A stretch of 62,291 nucleotides of DNA, counting the filler, from Globobulimina sp. (Eukaryota): the NCBI GenBank assembly GCA_003354225.1. It is 6 parts of 6 records of this genome, joined end to end, with 100 filler letters (N's around TTAATTAATTAA, not from the genome) between each part and the next. Parts side by side here need not be neighbours in the genome. Positions count along the whole stretch, not along the records: positions 10,544 to 20,895 come from PIVH01000024.1; positions 20,996 to 31,327 come from PIVH01000025.1; 4 more parts are not named here. One strand, 5' to 3'. Positions within the stretch are counted from its first letter, which is position 1; each line of letters starts with the position of its first letter. A program made the position numbers and the translations under genes. Positions 20,056-31,044 of this stretch are shown piece by piece. The notes beneath the pieces were generated by a model. The model ran no database searches. It was not told where the DNA came from and saw nothing but the letters and a program-made list of their open reading frames with translations.

Positions 20056-20895
20056 ATGCCAGAGAATAGATTAATTAGCACCGTGTATGATATAATCACA
20101 GTAATAATCTCAATCGCAGATGTAACGACTGATATCATCGTTTTATTTTCATTCTACTTCAAAGGAAGATCAACATTTTTTACGATATCATTGATCATTT
20201 TGTGCATTGCTCAATGTGCGTATGCTTGCGCCTTCATGTGGCGGTATGATACTTTAGCCGGCATATATGACAGAAGTGGCTCCATATTCGTTTCAGTTTG
20301 TTTCTTTTTTGTTTTCTTACCATTTGGACCAATCATCCCAATTATTATATTCCTAACTGATGACTCTGAATGGTTTGCTGATTGGTTTGAGAAAATCACA
20401 CAATTCTCACCAGAAAATGATTTCAGTTCTTATGGTAAAAGCCAAGCGGCAAAATGGATGATACAAAAATTAAATAAACATATTGGCTTCATCATTGAAG
20501 CTGGCGTCGAAGGTTAAGAATTCAATTGTACTTATTTTTTAATTATATATTAATATATTGTAATGAAATCACACTAAATTTTAGCATTCCCACAATCACT
20601 GCTTCAAATATGTGCCATTGTTTATTATAACGAAGCTAACTATGTATCAATTGCATCAATATTAATATCAATGATATCCGTAATGACAAAATCACTCATT
20701 TTCTCCAAAGGAATTGAAATAAAAACATTTATTTGGACTTGGTTCTGGTATATATATATTTATTAAATTACATTTAAAACTGCTTTGCAACTAAATACAT
20801 AGTGTCGTAGTTGATTTTTTTGGTATATTTTTTACTTTGAGCTGGGTATTTTATTCGAATGAAACATTGTTAGTCGGCGATTTTTTAGGATACTT
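20056..20895 (+). CDS. XK-related-like multi-pass membrane protein, spliced (introns 20513-20584 and 20748-20802), 3' truncated by the contig end
   Basis: ADVTTDIIVL; splicing restores IEAGVEAFPQSLLQ (XK-like E..PQ..LQ motif); both GT-AG introns are in phase. Confidence 0.7.
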
Positions 20896-20995
20896 NNNNN
20901 NNNNNNNNNNNNNNNNNNNNNNNNNNNNNNNNNNNNNNNTTAATTAATTAANNNNNNNNNNNNNNNNNNNNNNNNNNNNNNNNNNNNNNNNNNNN
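20896..20995. other. Artificial contig linker
   Basis: N44-TTAATTAATTAA-N44. Confidence 0.99.
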
Positions 20996-21051
20996 AATAT
21001 CCACAGAGTATGTGACTCATCCAGACTGTGTAGTATATTTTCGTTTTTAAT

Positions 21052-22071
21052 TTGATTGCAAAAATATACAGTTATAATTATAACACCAAGAAGCAATTCA
21101 AACAATACAATATCCGAACCGATTTTATTTGCACTGAAAAATTACATAAACACATTCAAAAAAATAAAAAATTAAACAATTTAATGCATCAAATATCACA
21201 TAAATTAACATCGTCTGCAAATAATATAATAAAAGAATATGCTGCGAGCGAAGATTGTAAAATTAATATAATGTGTTGCAGAGTATCTTTCTATCATTCT
21301 TTAATTGAAAGCAAAAGTGAGAGCGGCGCAATTAAATGTCGATTTGCAAAGAATTCATTGACTCCTGAATTTTGGAAAGATTCAGTGGACAATAAAACAT
21401 ATATCGAGACAGAAGAGGTTTATGTAGATGTCGCAAAAGCATTCCCATTGACAGCCGATGAAATAAATTCAGCAGAAAAAATTGCAAACAAATTGTTTAA
21501 AATGGTGTCAGAACAGAAATTAGACAGCAATTCATATCATATTGATCCAGGCAAATTAAAAATATTTCTGGGAGCTAGGTATTTGTGGACCGCACTTCAT
21601 CGAATGAATAGAGAATCATTTCGTTATAACCACGGTGTTCGGACAGATTGTGATTCATTAGATATTATATCAGAGATTAAAACAATTTTACTTCCATTAA
21701 TTGAAAAATATGCAAATTTACCACATGGCTGGATAAATGGTGTTGCTTTAAACTTATACAAGGAACTTAATGGTTTGGCGAACCATATGGATGAATTGGA
21801 GCGTTTTTGTTCACCCATAGTTACATTATCATTGTTTAACGATTGTAGAATAACGTTTGGAGCAAAATTACATTCCAAAACAGATGCTGAATTTTATATG
21901 AATTTGGAACAAAATGCATTGACTACATTGGGACCTAAGATACAAGAAAAAATAACACATACAGTCAGAGATATGGACGTGCCAAAAAAGAGGGCTGTAT
22001 TTATATTCAGACGCTTCAGAAGTGAATTAATTAAAGAAGCAGATAGAATGAAAACATTATCAAAAAAATGA
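21052..22071 (+). CDS. AlkB-like 2OG-Fe(II) dioxygenase; 5' end uncertain
   Basis: NGVALNLY...NHMDE...PIVTLSL...ITFG...ITHTVR...KRAVFIFRR matches the NxY, HxD, H, RxxxxxR pattern of the AlkB family. Confidence 0.8.
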   Translation: MIAKIYSYNYNTKKQFKQYNIRTDFICTEKLHKHIQKNKKLNNLMHQISHKLTSSANNIIKEYAASEDCKINIMCCRVSFYHSLIESKSESGAIKCRFAKNSLTPEFWKDSVDNKTYIETEEVYVDVAKAFPLTADEINSAEKIANKLFKMVSEQKLDSNSYHIDPGKLKIFLGARYLWTALHRMNRESFRYNHGVRTDCDSLDIISEIKTILLPLIEKYANLPHGWINGVALNLYKELNGLANHMDELERFCSPIVTLSLFNDCRITFGAKLHSKTDAEFYMNLEQNALTTLGPKIQEKITHTVRDMDVPKKRAVFIFRRFRSELIKEADRMKTLSKK

Positions 22072-22241
22072 AATGCCATTTTTGTAAATAATTTTGTTTC
22101 AATTGTAAATGAAATGACGTTTGTTTTGTTTTTGCGTAATGAAAAATAAGTTCTTAGTCTTAGACAAAAAAAACTTTTCCTCGTTTCATATCATGGCGTT
22201 GTTACAGCTGACCATCAATATCCAACAACTTTGTTACAACG

Positions 22242-24956
22242 TTGCGTATTATACGATTCATAATATGGAAGATTCATAATTTGTTATTCACATTGTATAT
22301 TCGGAAAATGCAGATATGGATATTGCAAACTACAGCTGCTACAGCACGAGATCCAATGAAAGTACCGCATCATTGCTCGTATATCAAAGCATGTTTATCA
22401 AAATGTTCTTCTGATATTGAACTATCATCTGGATCTATTGTAGGTGCCGCATTAATTTCAGGGCAAACAAGTACTACAAATTATCGATCAAAATGTGACC
22501 GCTTAACTTCTGAGTGGCTCGCTCCATTACAATATACGAATGCATTTTTAATACAAGAATTTATGCAATTTAATGAGTCTTTATCACATAAAGCAAAAAC
22601 ACCAAAGACATTCAATTTAAGTCCGCAAACTTTAAATTGGTGTTTAAAACAATTAGGATCGACATTTACAGCCTGGAACATCAAATACAATGGAGGAAAC
22701 AACATCAATATCAAATGTTTAGCAATACATAAAAGTTGGGCACAATTAATATTTCTCAATTTAAAACACATAGAATGCAGAAGTTGGACCCTCAAAGCAA
22801 TCGAAAATATATCTGATCTCGACACAATATCATGCATCCAATACACTGATAAAAGCTTTAATGAATTTAAGCAACATTTAGGCAAAGGGTTGAAAAAAAC
22901 AAAATCAGGAAAGAAACGAAAAGCAAAAACAATAGCTGACAACAATAACGACAATAATTCAAATAAAAAATATTTAGTATTACAAAAAAAAAAAATGAGA
23001 ATTGATAAATATATTACAAAGCGATCATCGACTTCCTTAAATATGAAACAACCGTTACGTAATGTCTGGGATATTAAACAGTTATATAAAGAGAGTCAAT
23101 GGATCATTACAAAAAGCAACGACCAAAAAGATAAAAACATAGACATTCGAGACCATAATTTAAGAATAAAAAAATATGTTGTGAAATCATTAAAATTATG
23201 TGATAAACGAAGCATGAACGCAAAAAACGATACAGATTGTATAATTTTGCGAAATATTACGGATATATTTTATACAAAACCGAACTTATTAAGTACAGTA
23301 ATTGAGTTATTACACCGAGATCCATCATATGTCCATTTAGAAAGCGAAATAGCGTTAATAATGGGTTATATTTCTTTAGAATCCTGTCCAGACTGCATGG
23401 AAACAGTTGATATCAAATACACACCAAGTTAAGACAAACAATAATTTTCTTTTATTAATATGTTAAAACAAACAATAACTTTGTTAGGTTCTGGGCATAA
23501 ATACCATTGTTCGAATAAAAAATGTATGAAAACACCGTGGACAGTTTGGAAAAAATCATCAATCAGACCACATCGATCATTTTATGCTCATTTAAAATTT
23601 TTGTATTTGTCAGCAGGCGGAGATTTACAAAAGAATTGGCAGTTTACATTGGACAAGAATGAATCTGAAATCTCACGGTTCACTTCAATATTATTGCAAT
23701 CCATAGAAATCTATGAGTCAATATATAGAATAAAGACAGGTGGCAGTGAGAACGGAGAAAGAATAAAATCATGTAATGATCATAAAGTGTGCGGTGGTAA
23801 AAGAAAATATGGAAAAGGAGAAAATAAAACGAAAAAAATTAAAATTCAAGGTGCTACTGACACCCGTGGTATTATTGCGTTAGATAACGTCGCTAATGAA
23901 AGAAAGCCACAGGTTCATCATACAGCACAGCTACAAAATCATCCGAAAACATACATTTCTACTGATCAGGCCAACGTATTTATATCTGTACCAAATATCG
24001 ATGGTCAAAATTATGCACACGGATCTTGCAATCATTCCGGTGTTATCAATATGAAAACAGCAATTATTCATCATTTCACTAATCCAGAAACTGGAGATGA
24101 TTCACAAGGCATTGAGCATACATTTGGTAAATGGGCGCAACACTATGCTTTTAAAGGACAAATGTTAAGAAATCATGATTTATTTATTCGGAGATTAAAA
24201 CAATTCGTTTGTGTCAGCAACAGAACGTCCAATTTTCAACCGCAAGTTTTCATTTTGTTAAATCATATTTTAACTCAAGTAAAACCTCCTAATTCTGCAG
24301 ATATTGCATTACTGCCAACAGAAGATTTTTCTGATAAATATGAAGTTGAATATATATTTGATTCCCGTTCAATTGATTCAAATGTAAGAATGTATCGAGT
24401 AAAATATAAAAATATGAATTGGGACAATGCACAATGGTTAAATGTAAACGATTTTGATGATATAGATTTTGTTCAGCAATATGAATCACTGCCAATTGAT
24501 CAAAAGCAAAAAATATTAACAAAATGTCAAAAATTAATTGCAAATCATGTTGAAAAATGTAACACACGCCAGTGTATTGCCGGGTTAAATCGGCAATATA
24601 TCCAGAATATGTGCGTAAATGCAAACATTTTTAAGAATGGCACTGCACTATATCGTGATTTAGCGTTGGTGAAAAGTGTATTAAAAGGTACAGGTTCATC
24701 TACAGTTAATGGACAGCTTGTATCACTAAAACATGTCGTTTCTGAAGTGAAATCGCAAACGGTTATTAGTGAAAAATATAACTGTATTTTTAAATTTAAT
24801 ATCAATTCAGGACATATTATTCAATATTCATGTACATGTGACTATTTTCAAAAACAAATACAAAGAAGTAAAAATACAAGTGAAGAGGATTTAATATCGT
24901 TTTGTAAACATTTGGTTTGTACTGCTTTAGATCGTGTATTGTCAGTTAAGCATTAA
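22242..24956 (+). CDS. Spliced fusion protein (intron 23428-23487): ASCH-like region, Zn ribbon, Merlin/IS1595(ISXO2)-like DDE transposase, chromodomain, SWIM finger; 5' start uncertain
   Basis: A GTTAAG...TTAG phase-1 intron joins ORFs 22242 and 23460 in frame and unites CPDC with HCSNKKC. Transposase: CNDHKVCGGKRKYGKG (D at 23778), ISTDQ (D at 23964), HGSCNHS, FTNPETG..SQGIE (E at 24114). Chromo: YEVEYIFDSR...YRVKY...QWL. SWIM: CTC...CKH. ASCH: CLAIHKSWAQLIFLNLKHIECRSW and SGSIVGAALI. Confidence 0.78.
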
Positions 24957-25131
24957 AATTAATTATATCGTCTGACTCGTTTTATATCATCACTACATAA
25001 AATCGTGATATTCGTAATAAATACATCTCTTTCCACTTCACTCAGACAGGTAATGTAATAAATATGTCATTATATTTCTTTTGTGATTAAACATACATTA
25101 CAAACAAAATAAATGAGGCTACAAGATGAAG

Positions 25132-25190
25132 ATTGAGTTATATTTTATTGAGTTATTTGGTGGATTTTATTGAGTTATATTTTACGTCAT
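25132..25190 (+). promoter_or_regulatory. Three ATTGAGTTAT direct repeats plus an ACGTCAT motif upstream of the NTPase gene
   Basis: ATTGAGTTAT at 25132, 25147 and 25169; ACGTCAT at 25184-25190; ATG at 25221. Confidence 0.45.
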
Positions 25191-25220
25191 ATTTTTGTTT
25201 ATTCAATACTAATTTTTACG

Positions 25221-28132
25221 ATGTCGATATTAGGAAAAAGAAACCATAGTGAAAGCGAGTCTGTTTTAGGCAGCGAAAACAAAAAACGGAGATTAAATGA
25301 AGCTGCAGTTGGTGTTCAAGGATCGCATTCCAATCATAATAATTCCAAAGAAAGTGATAAAGTAGAAAGCGGAGAAGAGAAAAGTAATGTGGAGCAATCA
25401 AAAATTTCGTTCAAAGAAATAAAGGAATTATTAATTGAATATAATGAAAGTTATACATTTACTCAAAGTATAATAAATGTCGATGACTTACAAATTGAAC
25501 AAATTAAAATTAGTTAAGTTATTTAGCATAATATTAATTTGAAATATTAACACAACACAAATACTAAGTTTCGAAAGTGAATGATTATTTACAGCAAGAT
25601 AAAGCGATATTTGATGATGTTATTTTACGTTTAGCAATTAGTATTTATAGACCATGTCCATTAACGTGGAACTTATGTGCAAGATGTGTTATTAGGGATA
25701 TTAAATCACATTGGATTTGGGGGTTAAAGGCGAATGGTAAAGAAAAGGCGAAATATAAAGATTTTACGAAAACGAAAACGTTTAAAATAGCCAAAGGTTT
25801 ATCATTAATAAAGAATATTGATATGGAATTAGCTGTAAGTTCGATACAAGATTTAACAAAACATGCATCTGGGCCAGCAAGAGTAAATATTTCAAGTGAC
25901 AGATTTGAACCAGTTTGTTGGAGTGAAGCTATATCTGGTCCGAGCGGCTCTGGTAAATTCCACGGTACTTCCAAAGTATTAACAACAATGCATAATGTAT
26001 GATATCTGCTTTCCAATATATATATAAATAAATATATGATAATTTACGCTTATATATAGACAGATATAAAATCCAAGATCTTATTAAAATCATTAGGACG
26101 ATGGAATGAAATGATATCACCGATTACAAAAAATAGTATATCACACAGTAAATTTGCGCAAAATGTTATGATGTCTATGGGGATTAGTTTTGTTTGTATG
26201 GATGAACTAGGACCATTTAAAAAAGTATTTGAATTAAAACGTGAAAGAGATAAAGTATTTGCACAAACAGAAGGACTGGGTAATTTATTAAATGCATGGC
26301 AAAATGCAGATATTAAAAGAGAATTTGTAGGTGACGAATATAACAGCGATATTCCAAAAGCATGGGTTAATACATTGTTTACCACACAAACAGAAAATAT
26401 GAAAGATTTTATTGAAGCGTCTGGTAGCAGTGGACTAAGTTGTCGTAGTGCATATTGGAAAAGTGGATTACAACAATTCAAATGTGATGGATATAATATA
26501 AATCAACACAGTATTGGTTCCGTTGAAATATTTAGTTTTAATGTTTTATTGGATCATTTATCATGGTCTATTCGAATTAATACTGGTATTCCGACAATGT
26601 TGACTGAATTTCAAGATTATGTTGATATTCAATTTGATCCAATGATTGAAATCTTTGTGAATAGAATAAAATTATTATTATATCAAGCAAAGAAATTTCA
26701 AATTGAAAAGGGATTTAGTACAATGATGTTACCGTCACTTATTCAAAAATATGGTGATTTATTTATTAGATTTGCAGGCAATTTAAAAATTACTGAATAT
26801 TGGGTGAATAAAATGTTTGATGGATATGAACCTTCATCATCAAAAATGAAACAACAATTATTACAAAGTGTAAATTTAACTTATACGATTACAGATACAG
26901 CAATTATAAAAAGTGCATTTTATTTAATTTTCGGTATAAGTTTACAGAATTATTTGGATTTATCAAATGAACAATTTTTTAATTTCCCGTTATCAGATGA
27001 ATGTATGCAAATAGATAAAAAAATAGATAAAAAAATAAATTCAAGTAACAATAATATTAACGATGAAAATGAAAGATTACCGAATCAATTCGTTGAGTTA
27101 AGTGAAAATGTTAGTAACATTAATAACAATCATAACAATTCGAATAATAACGAATCAAATAGTATGTGTTGGAGTGATGATGAAGATGAGTTTGGTGGTG
27201 ATTTAATGGATTTATGTGCAAGTCAATCTTCATTACCTGCTCAAATTCCATCTGAGCAATTAATACAATCATCGGATGTGTTTAGTGATTTTGTATTACA
27301 ATGGGGTGCATGTATTAATTTGACAGCAGGATGTGAGTTAAAATTAGGAACATTTAAACAGATTGAAAAAATAGCAGATCAAAATGGAATCCAAGTTTTT
27401 AAGTCGTTATCGCAAAATTTACATGAATTTGGATTATGTGATTTGATTCGGACCAATATTGGAGGATGTATTTGGTTGTTAAAAAAAAACAAATTGGACA
27501 ATGATATAAATAATTTGACAGATGAACAATATACAGGTTTAGCATCATTAAAAATCAGTCATAAACGGTGGAATTTATCCGTCGACCGACCTACGAGTTG
27601 GAAATTAAGAATAGATAAGGAAGAGAAAAATAAAGCGGCAAATATTAATTGGAGTGAAAAATGTATTGGGTTTTTAGAAAAAGATGATGTGCAACATATT
27701 ATTTGCCAGAAAATAGATAATTTAACATCGCAACTACCACGAATTTTACCATTGAAATATTCAAAACAATGGGTTTTAGAAATGAATGCAGAACAAATGA
27801 GATTAGTGGAGAGTGTAGGAAGTGAGGAAGACTGTAAGGATATTATAACACATTTTAAGCATTATTTAATTGATGATACAGTGTTTTTTAAAAAGCATGC
27901 AGAAAGAATAAAGAAAAAAACTCAAGATCAATATAATGCGTTATTACTGCATACTAGAATTCCTTCTGGTGCTTTTGATAGTTTTATAATGGTTGAAAAA
28001 GAAGCAGATCAAAACACAAGATTTCCGATACAACGTTCAGGCCGATTAAAATTAACAAAAGATTTCTTGCCACCAATTCCAATTCAAAAATATTTGGATA
28101 CGGTTAACAGTAAAAATGATAAAAAAAACTAA
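25221..28132 (+). CDS. Spliced P-loop NTPase, probably an SF3/D5-like helicase (introns ~25513-25568 and ~25997-26059; splice sites not unique)
   Basis: In-phase GT-AG introns join ORFs 25170, 25577 and 26111. Walker A GPSGSGK at 25937-25957 (followed by F rather than S/T), Walker B FVCMDE shortly after, N-terminal basic KRRL patch. Confidence 0.58.
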
Positions 28133-28252
28133 AAATAAAATATCCATTGTATCTATTTAAACGCGCGGCGAGTTGTTATTTACCTCGATATTATATTTAA
28201 ATATTGAATATTCAACAAATGAATTAAATTTAAAATGTATGCGGTTATGATG

Positions 28253-28861
28253 TTAGTCGTTATTATGATCTAACATATTCTGTAATAAACGTCCAAAACC
28301 TTCAACAAAATGTTCATTCGAAAATATATGGCGGTTAATGCCTCTTTCATTTGCCATCCATGTTGATAATGAATCAGATACTGAGCCTACAGCTGAATCA
28401 GATGCTGAGCCTGCTGGTGATTCCGAATGGATTAGTTCTTTTCTCTCATGTAATGGTTTTGATTCCGATTCCGATTCAGATTCCGATTCTGATTCCGATT
28501 CTGATTCAGATGAGGTAAATGGATATTCGAACACTAGCGGATGATCAGCATATTCTTGTTCAGATGAATTATCGTTTACATACACAGTACCACCATATTG
28601 TGAATGTAACATATATGATTGAGCAACGTTAACGCATTTGTCGTATATTGAATTCCGAATTAGTGGAAACCGCTGATATTGCGTGAATGATGCATCGATT
28701 GATAGCAAAACTGGTTCATCTTTGAACTGTTCGACTCGCGCGTCATTCCAATAAACCTTTTTATTACGAAATATGATTGTTCCACTAATTAACGTTGGAG
28801 TGGGTCCATTAATGTCTATATCCACTATTATTTGTCTCTCTATTTTGCATTGCATAGACAT
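28253..28861 (-). CDS. Hypothetical protein with a (SE)n low-complexity tract
   Basis: 202-aa ATG-started ORF with an ATGACGT motif 40 nt upstream; no recognisable domain. Confidence 0.55.
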   Translation of the reverse strand: MSMQCKIERQIIVDIDINGPTPTLISGTIIFRNKKVYWNDARVEQFKDEPVLLSIDASFTQYQRFPLIRNSIYDKCVNVAQSYMLHSQYGGTVYVNDNSSEQEYADHPLVFEYPFTSSESESESESESESESESKPLHERKELIHSESPAGSASDSAVGSVSDSLSTWMANERGINRHIFSNEHFVEGFGRLLQNMLDHNND

Positions 28862-28956
28862 GATAAGAACTCGAATGAGATAATATTTTTGTATTTTCTA
28901 ACGTCATTATGACATAATATAAATATAAATACTTAAACAAAAGCAAAAGGTACTTA

Positions 28957-30345
28957 TTAAAAAAAATTAATATCTTGGAATCGTTTGAAAGATGGACATT
29001 TATTACATTGATATGTGAATTTTCCGTTATATTTGAAATATTGATGTGAAGAGTGTTTAACTAATAATAATGATGGGTGATGTTTGCAATTCGCAGTGAC
29101 ATTTGTTGTAAAATACAGTTTATATTTTATGTCATGGTTCGATGTTTCTACATTATTATCACTAAATATATATCTGTAGTTATCGTTGATGCATAATTTG
29201 AATTTAATTATTGCTTGTTCTAACTGTTCAATTTCAAAGATTTCCATTTGAATATTTGCAAAGCTTCTTGGATATTGAACTTGACTGTTGATGGATTGAT
29301 ATGATATGTTGCAGCAATCTTTGTTTAAACAACGTCTTTCCGACCATTGTAAACTATTTATTTCACTATTAAAGGTAAATATTGCTATCACATTAGCTGA
29401 AGCTGTGCAATTAATACATATATCATTTGATATGTTTACTTCTACGCATCTCACTTTAGTATTTGTTGCAGTTCCATGTTTCAAACGTTTTATCGTATTA
29501 CAGGATGTTTGTTGTCGTATATTTAGATTTGGTAACCATTTCTTGGTATTGGTGAAATTATCGACTTGATTCAATTTTATTTGTTCCAACAATGTCATAT
29601 ATGATTTATGTGCGGAAATCAATTTTTTTCTTGAAGATGGTTGACCATTTTTGATGCATTCGGCTAGCCTAAAATACTGGCATTTAGAATATACAGATGC
29701 ATCTATGTTTGATAACAACTGTAAAGATATTGATTGTGCATCCTGCATTTGTTTATTATATACTTCTTCGAATATACTGAATGATTGAAAAATGCTTTTA
29801 ATTTTTTTTATATCCAATAGCATTTTCTCAATATCATTATATATCACATTTTTATTAAAAATATGCAATGAAATTTTAAACTCTTTTACTGCAACGAAAC
29901 GGCTACTATCAAAAACGATAAATTGGTTGTTTGCAATTGTTTGTTGTTTGATACAATGTAATGATATATTCTTTGAATTGAACAAATTAGTTAGTTCATT
30001 AAGCATCAATGATACTATTTTTATAATATATTTGTCGCTATAACTTCTATTAAATATTTGTTCAATGTCTAAATATAATATACGTGGTGCATAAAGAAAT
30101 ACACTATAAAAACATCTTTGTTGAATATCAACTAAATTGTATAATGTATTATAATGGTTTATATCGTTGAACACAAGTAGTTTGAATTTAGACGGAGCAT
30201 ACTCATACGCTGTTATAAATGGCGTAGCTGCTTTATTATCTTGAATATATTTTTGAACAGATTTTCTTTCTGGATGTAGATGACTATGTAAAGGATAAAA
30301 AAACGATTTAACCTCCAACAAATTTAGCAACCCATCAAAGTCCAT
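28957..30345 (-). CDS. PrimPol/UL52-like archaeo-eukaryotic primase(-polymerase) with a C-terminal Cys/His finger
   Basis: Motif I PRILYLDIE (DxE), motif II FDSS...KISLHI (SxH), motif III IDASVYSKCQYFRLAECIK (cf. PrimPol DlgVYtknrnFRl..ssK); C-terminal CKHH...HSS...CNKC. Confidence 0.82.
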   Translation of the reverse strand: MDFDGLLNLLEVKSFFYPLHSHLHPERKSVQKYIQDNKAATPFITAYEYAPSKFKLLVFNDINHYNTLYNLVDIQQRCFYSVFLYAPRILYLDIEQIFNRSYSDKYIIKIVSLMLNELTNLFNSKNISLHCIKQQTIANNQFIVFDSSRFVAVKEFKISLHIFNKNVIYNDIEKMLLDIKKIKSIFQSFSIFEEVYNKQMQDAQSISLQLLSNIDASVYSKCQYFRLAECIKNGQPSSRKKLISAHKSYMTLLEQIKLNQVDNFTNTKKWLPNLNIRQQTSCNTIKRLKHGTATNTKVRCVEVNISNDICINCTASANVIAIFTFNSEINSLQWSERRCLNKDCCNISYQSINSQVQYPRSFANIQMEIFEIEQLEQAIIKFKLCINDNYRYIFSDNNVETSNHDIKYKLYFTTNVTANCKHHPSLLLVKHSSHQYFKYNGKFTYQCNKCPSFKRFQDINFF

Positions 30346-30436
30346 AGATCTCCGACGCTTTCTTACTACGAATATATTTAGTAATTATTTAGCACAAAAA
30401 AACAATCGATGTGTTTTGACGTAAGGAAAGCTTATT

Positions 30437-30928
30437 ATGATTCACACTATGGATCCGTTATTAATTAAATTAATCTCTTTGAAAAAAGAACGTGCGATTC
30501 AGATACGACAAATAAATGGATTACAACAAAATCTACAAACAAATGAAAAGACAACTCAACAAATAAGAAAGAGATATCTCAACACAATAAATATATTAAA
30601 AAGCAGAATTTCATTGTTTAAAAACGAAAAACTAATTTTAAAAAATGAGAATCAAACTTTAAAAAACGAAAATCAAACATTAAAAAATGAAAATCAAACT
30701 TTTAAATCAGTATACAACTCAGAATCATCACAAGAACAAACAAGCATTCTTATTACAGGTTGTACTCAAAGATCCGATGAAAATCCAGAAACAACATCTC
30801 AACGGGAATATCTACAAGACGCAGGAACATATCTTGAAGATGCAGATGGTGATTATGAACCAAAAACAGAACCATCTGAAACACCATCTGAAACACCAAG
30901 TTCACAAGCATCTGGGAATTTTCATTAA
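30437..30928 (+). CDS. Hypothetical coiled-coil protein with LKNENQT heptad repeats and an acidic tail
   Basis: 163-aa ORF divergent from the primase; three LKNENQT copies (21-nt repeats). Confidence 0.55.
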   Translation: MIHTMDPLLIKLISLKKERAIQIRQINGLQQNLQTNEKTTQQIRKRYLNTINILKSRISLFKNEKLILKNENQTLKNENQTLKNENQTFKSVYNSESSQEQTSILITGCTQRSDENPETTSQREYLQDAGTYLEDADGDYEPKTEPSETPSETPSSQASGNFH

Positions 30929-31044
30929 TTTTAATTATTTAAATATTTTGTTGTATGGTTAACTACAAAACAAAAACAACAGCCTTTTCCAATGTTTAAT
31001 TTCGATCTTTAATGTAATGTTAACTATCATGTACACTAAATATC

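Noticed and set aside
22242-28132. Stop-codon reassignment or pseudogenisation as the reason contig-3 ORFs are fragmented
   Set aside because: The stops fall inside short in-phase GT-AG introns, and long ORFs elsewhere end normally at TAA, TAG or TGA.
28440-28515. (GATTCN)n hexamer repeat and plus-strand ORF 28338..28544
   Set aside because: This is simply the coding of the SE tract in 28253..28861; the antisense SD-repeat ORF is its shadow.
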